A DNA stretch of 64,000 bases from Myxococcales bacterium (GTDB lineage Bacteria > Myxococcota_A > UBA9042): contig JBBISH010000001.1 in assembly GCA_037441385.1 (NCBI GenBank), positions 64,001-128,000 on the forward strand. The letters are read 5' to 3'. The first letter of the stretch is position 1. Each line of letters opens with the position of its first letter. Made by a program: the position numbers and the translations under genes. The notes beneath the pieces were generated by a model. It was given only the letters and a program-made list of their open reading frames with translations, was not told the origin of the DNA and made no database searches. This document shows, one piece after another, positions 48,274 to 58,490 of the stretch.

Positions 48274-48312
48274 CGGGTCAGGGCCTCGGGTCAGGGCCTC
48301 GGGTCAGGGCCT
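48274..48312. repeat. 13-bp tandem repeat x3 (CGGGTCAGGGCCT) between subunit II and subunit I genes
   Basis: Three perfect copies read directly. Confidence 0.95.
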
Positions 48313-48324
48313 CGGATGAGGTGC

Positions 48325-49542
48325 CTACTTCAAGCTGCTCAGGAAGGCCGCAATGGTCTTGGCATCTTCGGGCGTCACCAAGCCGTCGGGCATCTTGGAG
48401 CCGGGCTTGACGGCCGAGGGCTTGCTGATCCACTTGGCAATGTTTTCGGGGTTGTTGACCAGCGTGTTGGCGGCGATGGCCATACGCGAGCCCACGTGGG
48501 TCAGATTGGGGCCGCTGGTGGCCGAACGGGCGGCGATGTCCGTGCCCTCCAGGCCATTGATCAGGTGGCACGACGGGCACGTCCGCTCTTTGAACAGCTT
48601 GAGGCCCTTTTCCAGCTCGGCGACCGGCGGCTTGGCCGGCTGCAACTGAGCCTTGACCCAGGTCTCGTAGCTCTCGAGCTTGACCTTCTGGCCCTTGTAG
48701 TCCACCTCGACCTCGGCCGCCAGCGGATGCACGACGAGCTTGGTGCCCATCAGCGCATGGCTGGAGCCGCAGAGCTCGGCGCACTGGCCGTCGTAGATGC
48801 CAGGCGCCTTGGCCGTGAACGACATCGGGTAGTTGCGACCCGGGTTGGCATCGCGCTTGCCACCCAGGCGCGGCACCCACCAGGCGTGGATGACGTCGGC
48901 CGAAGTCATGTGCAGGGTCACCGCCGTGTCGGCGGGCAGGTGCAATTCGTTGGCAGTGTGCAGACCTGCGGCGCTGCCGCTCTTGTAGTCGAATTCCCAC
49001 CACCACTGCTTGCCCGTCACATCCACTTCCACCACCGGTTGGTTCGGGTCGTGGCGCTTGGACATCTGGAACACACCCACCAGCATCGGCACGGTGATGG
49101 CCACCACGATCAGCGTGGGGATGGCGGTCCAGATGACCTCGAGCTTCATGTTGCCGTGGCTCTGCTCGGGCAGAGTGTCGTCGCCGGCCTGCTTCTTGAA
49201 CTTGACTAGCGCGTAGGCCCATACCGCCACGACGATCGCCAAGATCGCCGCGTCCAGATACAGGAGCAGGCTGTAGAAGAAGCTACTGATTTCGCCGTTG
49301 TCGCTCACCGGCGCATGCGTGTCGCGGGGCGCCGGCTCGCTGGAGCAGCCCGCCAGCCACGCCAGCAGCAGCGGGAGTGCGGCCATCGCGACGACTTTGA
49401 GCAGGGACAGCGCCGCTTTGCCTGCAGGGTACCCAGCTACAGGGTGCGCAGCTACTGGGTGCCCAGCTACAGGGTGCGCAGCTGCAGAGAGCCGGGCCAG
49501 GCGATGGCGAAGTGCGCTGAGGGTGAGCAAGCGATAGGACAT
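48325..49542 (-). CDS. ctaC: Cytochrome c oxidase subunit II with fused cytochrome c (caa3-type), lipoprotein
   Basis: Lipobox LAGC; 'QWWWEFDY', 'DVIHAWW', CuA motif 'CAELCGSSHALM', heme motif CPSCH. Start uncertain. Confidence 0.95.
   Translation of the reverse strand: MSYRLLTLSALRHRLARLSAAAHPVAGHPVAAHPVAGYPAGKAALSLLKVVAMAALPLLLAWLAGCSSEPAPRDTHAPVSDNGEISSFFYSLLLYLDAAILAIVVAVWAYALVKFKKQAGDDTLPEQSHGNMKLEVIWTAIPTLIVVAITVPMLVGVFQMSKRHDPNQPVVEVDVTGKQWWWEFDYKSGSAAGLHTANELHLPADTAVTLHMTSADVIHAWWVPRLGGKRDANPGRNYPMSFTAKAPGIYDGQCAELCGSSHALMGTKLVVHPLAAEVEVDYKGQKVKLESYETWVKAQLQPAKPPVAELEKGLKLFKERTCPSCHLINGLEGTDIAARSATSGPNLTHVGSRMAIAANTLVNNPENIAKWISKPSAVKPGSKMPDGLVTPEDAKTIAAFLSSLK
49425..49484. repeat. 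15-bp tandem repeat x4 inside the 5' end of the subunit II gene
   Basis: CAGGGTACCCAGCTA, CAGGGTGCGCAGCTA, CTGGGTGCCCAGCTA, CAGGGTGCGCAGCTG; encodes AAHPVAGHPVAAHPVAGYP. Confidence 0.9.
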
Positions 49543-49753
49543 GATGCAATTCCGAAGCTGGGTTGCCAGTTTGGTCGGCCGCCGCGCAGGGCCGGAGTCA
49601 GTGTTCCGGACGAAGACTAGACCACCGCCGACCCGCGACCGCGGCAGCTGTTTTCGCAACGGCTGCGACAGGTACGGACGAGGGGCGTGGCCGTTTGGGG
49701 ATCCGACTGGGTTATCGAGAAGATGACCGACAAAGGCGAGCCCTCATCAGGGG

Positions 49754-49832
49754 TTACGATTCCCACATTCGGCGTTTACATTCCCACAGCGGGATATGCA
49801 TGGCGCAGCCAGCGGGATGTGCACGGCGCAGC
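49754..49832. promoter_or_regulatory. Direct-repeat cluster upstream of the oxidase operon (possible operator sites)
   Basis: ATTCCCACA at 49759 and 49780 (21-bp period); 23-bp tandem CAGCGGGATRTGCAYGGCGCAGC at 49787-49832. Confidence 0.35.
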
Positions 49833-50007
49833 GGGGTCCACTCGACGCCGCACGCAGGGCGTTGCTTGCGCGACCGCGGGGCGACTCCGCTGCCGGCGGG
49901 CGGATTGTACGCGAAATGTCGCCGCGAGTCACGGGGCTGTCATGCACTTTTTCGCGTGCCCTTTTTCGCTGCTCAGCAAGGTGGGATCTGGACCGGTGCA
50001 GCGGGCC

Positions 50008-50976
50008 TCAGCGACGGGCCAGGTCGAAGGTCATGGCGGTAAACAAGACGTGCAAGTAGGCGAGCGAAGCGAAGAACGCCCGCTTGGCCATCGCCTCGGT
50101 GCCGACGCGGTAGAGCTGGATGCACTTCCAGACAAACCAAGCCGTGGCCGCCAGAGCAAAAAGCCCGTAGCCGATCGATAGGTTGCTCGTCAGCGTTGGC
50201 AGGATAGCGAACGGCGCAATGCTGATCGCGTACTGCACGATGCGCAACCGGGTCAGCTTGTCGCCGTGCGTCAGCGGGAGCATCGGTAGGTGCGCATTGG
50301 CGTAATCCTGCTTGCGGAACAAGGAAATCGCCCAGAAATGCGGGGGCGTCCACAAGAAAACGATCACGAAGAGCGTCAGACTCATCAGGCCGATGCGGCC
50401 GTGTAGGGCGGCGTCGACGATCAGCGGCGGCGCGGCGCCGGCGGCCCCACCAATGACAATATTCAGCGGTGTCGTGGGTTTGAGCCACATCGTGTAGATC
50501 ACGACGTAGAACGCGATGGTCAGCGCCCCGGCCAGGGCGCCCTGCCAGCCCCCCGAGGCGGCGAGCACGGCCACGCCCGCCACGGTCAAGAACCACGCCC
50601 AGATCCAGGCCCATCCCGGCGGCACCAAGCCCGTGGGCAACGGCCGGTTGCGGGTCCGCTCCATTTTGGCGTCGATGTCGCGCTCCAGCCAGGCGTTGAA
50701 CACCGAGCTGGCGGCCGCGCAGAGGGCAATGCCGGCCAAAATCGCAGTGCTGCGGGTCCAGCTTGGCCAAGCGCCGTCATCGATCGCCAAGGCAGGCAAA
50801 CCGGTAAAGAATACCAGGCCGACCACGGATGGGCGGGTCATGGCAAGCAGGCCGCCCAGGCGCGAGCGACTACCGCGGGCCGATGGAGTGCCGCGCTCGG
50901 CCTCGCGAGTCGGCTCGCCGGCTGGGAGTTCCGCTAGCTGCGCGCCGGAATCCGCCGCATTGTCCACAGGGATCAT
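50008..50976 (-). CDS. cyoE: Protoheme IX farnesyltransferase (heme O synthase)
   Basis: 'ERDIDAKMERTRNRPLP', 'YTMWLK', 'IGGAAGAAPPL', 'FLWTPPHFWA', 'DYANAHLPMLP'; ATG overlaps the upstream stop. Confidence 0.95.
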   Translation of the reverse strand: MIPVDNAADSGAQLAELPAGEPTREAERGTPSARGSRSRLGGLLAMTRPSVVGLVFFTGLPALAIDDGAWPSWTRSTAILAGIALCAAASSVFNAWLERDIDAKMERTRNRPLPTGLVPPGWAWIWAWFLTVAGVAVLAASGGWQGALAGALTIAFYVVIYTMWLKPTTPLNIVIGGAAGAAPPLIVDAALHGRIGLMSLTLFVIVFLWTPPHFWAISLFRKQDYANAHLPMLPLTHGDKLTRLRIVQYAISIAPFAILPTLTSNLSIGYGLFALAATAWFVWKCIQLYRVGTEAMAKRAFFASLAYLHVLFTAMTFDLARR

Positions 50977-51434
50977 TCCCACCAACGCTCGTCGGCTTCT
51001 TCCGCGTCTTCGTCGGGCTCGGCGTCCACGTCGTCGATGTCCAGGTCGTCGTCGTCTAGGTCATCGCTGCGCTTGCTGCGAGTTTCGTCGTCTTCGTCTT
51101 TGTCCAGGCCGACTTCGGCTTCTTCTTCTTCTTCTTCGTCGTCGACCGAATAGTCGTCGTCGTCGAAGTTCAGCTCGCGCTCGACCTCTTCCTCGTCGTC
51201 GTCTTCGTCTTCGTCGTCGTCGTCGTACGACTCGTCGTCCTCGTCGTCGTCGTCGTCGTCTTCAAAGTCCTCGTCGTCTTCGAAGTCCTCGTCCTCGTCG
51301 TCCCAATCGTCGTATCCAGCCCACAGCGGCACGGCCGGTCCAGGAGCGGGGGCAGCCACTTCCTGCTGCGGGAGCAGCCAGGCAGAGGCGTTGACCGCAA
51401 ACGGGCTCATCGAGGTGTCCTGGGTGATCGACAT
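50973..51434 (-). CDS. Hyper-acidic Asp/Glu-rich protein (153 aa), probably disordered
   Basis: AAGGAG Shine-Dalgarno before the ATG; about two-thirds D/E over the last ~113 aa; TGA overlaps the cyoE ATG. Confidence 0.7.
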   Translation of the reverse strand: MSITQDTSMSPFAVNASAWLLPQQEVAAPAPGPAVPLWAGYDDWDDEDEDFEDDEDFEDDDDDDEDDESYDDDDEDEDDDEEEVERELNFDDDDYSVDDEEEEEEAEVGLDKDEDDETRSKRSDDLDDDDLDIDDVDAEPDEDAEEADERWWE

Positions 51435-51798
51435 GGCAACTCCTTGGTGCTCGTGCGAGGCCGTCTGCTCGCAGGGCCGCTTGTGCCGATTTTTCGACGC
51501 GGTGGCAAGGGGGGGTGCCGGCCACCGAGGGGCGATGCGCTGCAACGTGCTGGGACATACTAGTCGTCTTGACGACTTAGGCAAGGTGCCGCCGCGATCG
51601 CCACCGGCATTTTCGCGTCAGTCCCAGAGCCACGGCGCGGGCGTGATCGGGCAAGCAACGATGCCGCCGACCGTTTTTGCGCCTCGGCAGCCCAAGCGAA
51701 CTTGGTGTACACTGCCGCCAGCGCCGCACGATCGGCCGCGGAATCGGCCGCCCGATCCCGGCAGGCCGACATTCCGCCCCGCCCGGCAGAGGTAGCAG

Positions 51799-52881
51799 AT
51801 GATCCACAAGCAAGCGCAACCAAATGGGAATTTCAAGACCGATCTGGCGGCCCTGCGGCGTGTGCGCCTGAGCGAAGGTCGGGCTCCGCTGCTCGGCGCC
51901 GCGCTGGACGGGCTGTTCGATCTGCTGCGATCCGTCGATCTCGACCCGCGCCACGCGCTGGGCGCACGCAGTCCGGCCAGCATGCTCGAACGGTTGGCCA
52001 CGGTGGGCGACTGGCTGGACCACACGCCGCTCGACGTGGCCACGGTCGAGCAAGTGGCGAATCAATGCGGTTGGCAAGGCGTGGTCGGCACCCCGGCCGC
52101 GGGTGCGGATTGGGTCGATCGCTGGCTGACCCCCGAATTGCTGTTGGCGGTGGCCCAGTTTCCCCATGCGCAGCGCAGTCATAGTGGCGAGCGCGGGCCG
52201 TGGCTGCAGGCGGTGGCGGCCCTGACGGCGGTCGACGCCTATCGGCCACTGTTGGATGCTTCGCTGACGCCGGAAGAGCTTGAAGAGACGCCAGGTTGCC
52301 ATCTGCGTCCGGCCTTGGGCCGGCTGCTGCCGGCGGCGCGCTTCATGTCGGCCACGCTGGGCCTGGACGCGGTACTGGCGGCCGCCACGGGTGCAGCCCC
52401 CTTCGACGACGCGCTGGGAATGCTGCAGGCCGATGAGATCGAAGCTCTTTTGCTGGGCAATCACGCTCCAAGCGCGGCAAGGGCGCCACAGCCATTTGGC
52501 GAACAAGATGCGGCATGGCTCGAAGACGCGCTGCTGGCGATGCTCTTCCGGCGGTCGCTCGCCAGCGGCGTGCCGCAGGCCCAGGCGTGGCTGCCTCCGG
52601 GCAGCGGACTGCGCTTCGACATGGCGCGCGCACAGTTGCGGACCATGGCGCCGGTGCCGCTGGATCACGCCGGCTTCGCCGACGCCGCGATCGGTCATCT
52701 GCCCTTGCCCGCGGGCGCCTGTGCCGCTCTGCAGCAGCGCGGCCTGCAAGCGTTGGACGTGCACCTGGAGCACCTGGAAGCGCTGGACGACTTGTTCGAT
52801 GTGATCTTTGAAATCTACGACGGCGAAGCCGACGAGGCGGTCCTGGAAGGCGATGGGTTCCACGTCGAGTTCGTCAAATAG
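51799..52881 (+). CDS. Hypothetical protein (360 aa)
   Basis: ATG after AGAGGT; helical Leu/Ala-rich ORF with an acidic C-terminus; no family recognised. Confidence 0.65.
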   Translation: MIHKQAQPNGNFKTDLAALRRVRLSEGRAPLLGAALDGLFDLLRSVDLDPRHALGARSPASMLERLATVGDWLDHTPLDVATVEQVANQCGWQGVVGTPAAGADWVDRWLTPELLLAVAQFPHAQRSHSGERGPWLQAVAALTAVDAYRPLLDASLTPEELEETPGCHLRPALGRLLPAARFMSATLGLDAVLAAATGAAPFDDALGMLQADEIEALLLGNHAPSAARAPQPFGEQDAAWLEDALLAMLFRRSLASGVPQAQAWLPPGSGLRFDMARAQLRTMAPVPLDHAGFADAAIGHLPLPAGACAALQQRGLQALDVHLEHLEALDDLFDVIFEIYDGEADEAVLEGDGFHVEFVK

Positions 52882-52930
52882 TACGTAACAGTAGTACGTA
52901 ACAGTAGTACCTAACAGTAGTACGTAACAA
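52879..52930. repeat. AT-rich 13-bp tandem repeat x4 (TAGTACGTAACAG) starting at a TAG stop
   Basis: Copies at 52879, 52892, 52905 (one mismatch) and 52918 (last base A). Confidence 0.95.
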
Positions 52931-52952
52931 TCGAACCAGTATCGCGCTAGAA

Positions 52953-55016
52953 CTACTGAGTAATCTCGAACCTAGCGGTGTCCGTGCCCCACTGCTTTTC
53001 GGGCGCGTAGCCAAAGGGCTCGCCGCGGGTCTTGCTGAACACCTCGCCCATCAGGCGCTCTAGGGGCGAACCGCCGCGAGCGGCCCCGCGCGTGACTTTG
53101 AATTCCAGGGCGCGGAAGTCGATGTCGTCTTCGCTGGCGATGACCTTGAGGATCTCGGGGCCAGCCGGCGGCGTCATCCGGTACGGGAATGGAATCGCCC
53201 GCTTCTCGCCTGGTTTCAGCATATTGTCCCCAGGAACGTTAGGTAGCGGATAGAGGATGCTGATCGACCCATCGGCGCTGAGCTCGACGACGCTGAAGAA
53301 ACACGGCTTGGTCCCTTTGTTTTCCACGAACAACTGCACGATATCGTTGGCCTTGACCTTGCCGGTGCCGTCCTTGGCCACCATGCCATGATCCGCCGTG
53401 ATCTTGGGCCGTTTACCACCCGTTGGGAGCGTCTCGACCACCGCGTCGACCCGGTGCACGGTCAGATCGACCTCGAGCCGGGTCCCCACGTCGTTGTTTT
53501 CTAGCGCCATCACGCGCATCTTGCGGAATTGCGCCTCGATCGCCTGGCTGACGCGCAGATCGCGCTGCGGATCGTCCATCGCCACCGCGCCGGCCATCGG
53601 CTGGTTCTTGCCGCGCGGAATCGGCAGCGCCGTGCCATCGGCCCGCTGGATGCGCAAACCGCCGGATTCGACGTCCTTGGTCAGCAGCAGATCCCACTGC
53701 GGCAGCGCCGCGCTGGCAGCCTTGGCGGGCATCACCTCGACAAAAGGCAGCTTCTCGACCGTGGCCTGCAGCACGCTGGCCTCGGCGTCGAACGCCACCC
53801 GCACGCGCGCGGCTTGAACTTTGGTCAGGACTTCTTGGGCTTGCGACCCCTTGTCGAACAGCTTGGCATCCAGCCGCTCGCCGTCTTTGACCGGCACGCC
53901 GTAGCTCATGCCCAGTTCGACCCGCACGATCTTGACCCGTGCCAGCGGCTTGTCGCCGCCGATCGCCCGCACTTCCAGCTCGCTCCCCGGGACCAGGCCG
54001 TGCAACGACCCAGCCTCGATCGGCAGCTCGCCGTCGCCGTTGATGGGACGTACGCGGTAGAACTTGCTGGGCGCAGACCACTCGCCCGAGAAGAGGCGCT
54101 TGTCGGCATCGCCCTCGATCTGCGGGTTTTGGTCGCTCACGCGCACCACGATCTGTGCGCCAATGCGCTCGATCAGGTCGCGGTAAGTGGTACGCGGGCC
54201 GGCATCGTGCAGGGCCTGCACCAGCATCAGCGAGTAGGCGCCCATCGGCGCGCCCGACACCGGATCGCGGTCCTCATTCGCTTCTTGATCGGCGCGCACG
54301 GCCGAGATGAACACGTACCCTGCCCCTTTGGCGTCGCCCGCCGGGACCCAGGCGCCGGCCCCGTCCGCCTCGTTGCCGCGACGCTCGGCCGGCGGATGCA
54401 TGGGCCGGCTGCCGCGGGTGCGCATCTTGCGGGGATCGCCAGGCGCGCCGCGGGTCGCCGTGCCGGAGTGACACGAATCCAGCGAAATCACGATGTTGTC
54501 GGTCTTCTTGGCCGCCTGGGCGATCAGGCCACCCAGTTCGTCGTCGCGGATGTGGTTGGCGTAGTTCTTGATGCCCAAATTGTCAAAGGGTACCAGCGCT
54601 TCGTCGTAGCCGTCGGCTTCGTCCGGGGTACCGTTGTCGTCGGGAATCTGCTGGCCGTGGCCCGAATAGTGGAAGAACAGCACGGCGTCTTTGTCGGCCT
54701 TGTCGACCAGCTGCTTTTGAAAGGCCTCGACGATGGCCTTGTGCGTCGCCTGCTCGTCGACCAGCGTCAGCACGTCGAAGCCGCGCCGCTCCAATTCCGC
54801 TTTGATCAAGGTCACATCGTTGCGGCTGCCGTCCAGTTGCGACCATTGTTCGTGGGCCGGCACGGCGGGCGTGTAGCGCAGTCCGTAGTGCTCGATGCCC
54901 ACCAACAGCGCCAGCTTCTTGGGCCCTTCGGCGGCCTGCGCCGCGCGGATGGACGTGGGCGGCACAACCACCGCGGTGGCCAACAAAATCCCCAGAATCC
55001 ACTTGCCAACCTTCAT
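52953..55016 (-). CDS. Secreted caspase-family (C14) peptidase with a C-terminal DUF4384-like domain
   Basis: Signal peptide; 'ALLVGI', His in 'HYSGHG', 'DEADGYDEALVPFD', Cys in 'LDSCHSG'; C-terminal 'VELSADGSISILYP...PPAGPEILKVIAS'. Confidence 0.9.
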   Translation of the reverse strand: MKVGKWILGILLATAVVVPPTSIRAAQAAEGPKKLALLVGIEHYGLRYTPAVPAHEQWSQLDGSRNDVTLIKAELERRGFDVLTLVDEQATHKAIVEAFQKQLVDKADKDAVLFFHYSGHGQQIPDDNGTPDEADGYDEALVPFDNLGIKNYANHIRDDELGGLIAQAAKKTDNIVISLDSCHSGTATRGAPGDPRKMRTRGSRPMHPPAERRGNEADGAGAWVPAGDAKGAGYVFISAVRADQEANEDRDPVSGAPMGAYSLMLVQALHDAGPRTTYRDLIERIGAQIVVRVSDQNPQIEGDADKRLFSGEWSAPSKFYRVRPINGDGELPIEAGSLHGLVPGSELEVRAIGGDKPLARVKIVRVELGMSYGVPVKDGERLDAKLFDKGSQAQEVLTKVQAARVRVAFDAEASVLQATVEKLPFVEVMPAKAASAALPQWDLLLTKDVESGGLRIQRADGTALPIPRGKNQPMAGAVAMDDPQRDLRVSQAIEAQFRKMRVMALENNDVGTRLEVDLTVHRVDAVVETLPTGGKRPKITADHGMVAKDGTGKVKANDIVQLFVENKGTKPCFFSVVELSADGSISILYPLPNVPGDNMLKPGEKRAIPFPYRMTPPAGPEILKVIASEDDIDFRALEFKVTRGAARGGSPLERLMGEVFSKTRGEPFGYAPEKQWGTDTARFEITQ

Positions 55017-55187
55017 CGTCATCCTCGTCTTTGGCCCGGGCCCCGTTGCGTTGCTGGCGGGCAGGCGTTGGACGCGCTGACCCGGCTGCGGGATCTGCCG
55101 CCGTGCCGTGCTGCCGTGGTGCGGCCTTGGTTGGATGGTGCGCACAACTGGGCGCGCCGGCAAGTCCAGTTGCTGCAGATCCAGTCC

Positions 55188-55215
55188 TTGACAGGCGGAC
55201 ACCCCATCCTAGCTT
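55188..55215 (+). promoter_or_regulatory. Candidate promoter for groES-groEL
   Basis: TTGACA-N16-TAGCTT, also readable as CTTG-N17-CCTAGCT (RpoH-like), about 240 bp upstream of groES. Confidence 0.35.
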
Positions 55216-55454
55216 GCGTTCGCCGTGGCCGGTGGTGGCCGGCGGCATCGCAGACGGTCTGCTGCATTCTTGCATAAGTTCAGCACGTTGCGCCAACGCA
55301 GCGCCCGACCGCCAAGCACTGCGACACATCTCTCTAGGGTTCCGCGTCGGTCCCCAGGGTCGGTCCCCAGGGCGACGCGCAGGGCAAAACCGGGCAAGCG
55401 GCCCACACCAGCCGGGCACTGTCGCGTAGCAGAGTCCCGAAACAGAGGAAGGAT

Positions 55455-57453
<1,999 letters not shown>

Positions 57454-57473
57454 CTCTGTCCGCGACAGGTAGA

Positions 57474-57522
57474 CCGGTGGGCACGTCGGAGCAAGCAAGC
57501 CGGCGTGCCCATTGGCATTTTT
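57474..57522 (+). terminator. Probable intrinsic terminator after groEL
   Basis: 16-bp stem CCGGTGGGCACGTCGG / CCGGCGTGCCCATTGG (three G-U pairs), 10-nt loop, followed by CATTTTT. Confidence 0.6.
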
Positions 57523-57538
57523 GCACGAGGATGGCGAC

Positions 57539-57931
57539 ATGAACCCGCCCAAACCGATCGAATTGTTCGCCTTTTACCACCTGGGCCTGGACTCGGACGG
57601 CAGCTACAAGTTTCGCAACCTGAGCGACTGCGCCCGCCGCTGGAAGGTGGATACCGCCACGGTGCAGCGGTGGCTGCAGGATGCCCACATCGATCCGGCC
57701 ACGGTGAAGTCGGTGCCCTTCAACTTGACCCGCTACCACGTGGACGCCCAGTTCGTCCGCGCCGAGCAGCAAGAGCAGTTGATCCGCGACGCGTGGCAGG
57801 GCTATATGGCGGAACTCAAGCGGTCGCTGCGCAACGGCCGCGGGGGAGCGCCCGACTTCCACTTCGACATCGATTACGAAGACGTATGGGAAGACGGCGC
57901 GCGGCGCGCCCAGGCCGACGACGACGAGTAG
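57539..57931 (+). CDS. Hypothetical protein (130 aa)
   Basis: ATG after GAGGA; 'FAFYHLGLD..G.YKFRNL'; acidic tail. Confidence 0.7.
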   Translation: MNPPKPIELFAFYHLGLDSDGSYKFRNLSDCARRWKVDTATVQRWLQDAHIDPATVKSVPFNLTRYHVDAQFVRAEQQEQLIRDAWQGYMAELKRSLRNGRGGAPDFHFDIDYEDVWEDGARRAQADDDE

Positions 57932-57974
57932 CGGCAACCCGGCGCAGGTCCTACAGCTTGGTCAGGGGGACGGC

Positions 57975-58400
57975 ATGGCAAAGACGGGTGAGTTTCAAGC
58001 AGTGCAAACCATGGCCGCCCCGGCGGCAATCGGCCCATATAGCCAGGCCATCGCCGTGGATCAGCCCGGGCGCTGGGTGTTCCTGAGCGGCCAGGTGGCG
58101 CTGGATCCGGTGAGTGGGGTGCTGCTGGCCGGCGACGTGGCTGCCCAGACCGAGCGCGCCATGCTGAACCTGCAAGCGGTGTTGCGCGAAGCGGGCGGCG
58201 ACCTGCGCGATTTGGTGAAGGTCGGAATTTTCTTGGCCGACATCAACGACTTTGTGGTGGTGAACCAGGTCTATTCGCGCTTTGTGCAGCAGCCATACCC
58301 GGCGCGCGCCACAGTGCAAGTGGCCCGGCTGCCGCGCGACGCCGCTGTCGAGATCGACGGTATCGCCTGGATCGCGAGCACGCCGCGCCCGCTGCCGTAG
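57975..58400 (+). CDS. RidA/YjgF/UK114 family protein
   Basis: 'APAAIGPYSQAI', 'FLSGQVALDP', 'PARATVQVARLP..A.VEID'. Confidence 0.95.
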   Translation: MAKTGEFQAVQTMAAPAAIGPYSQAIAVDQPGRWVFLSGQVALDPVSGVLLAGDVAAQTERAMLNLQAVLREAGGDLRDLVKVGIFLADINDFVVVNQVYSRFVQQPYPARATVQVARLPRDAAVEIDGIAWIASTPRPLP

Positions 58401-58490
58401 GCCAAAATCCTGTGACAATCCAAGCTTGAGCCCTGTCCTCTGACGCCGCACACTGTACGGGCGGGCAGCACTGTCCCGGGGCGGTCGAGC

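Noticed and set aside
55270..55320. CIRCE operator upstream of groES
   Set aside because: Only half-site-like fragments (TCAGCAC, GACCGCCAA) without the TTAGCACTC-N9-GAGTGCTAA spacing.
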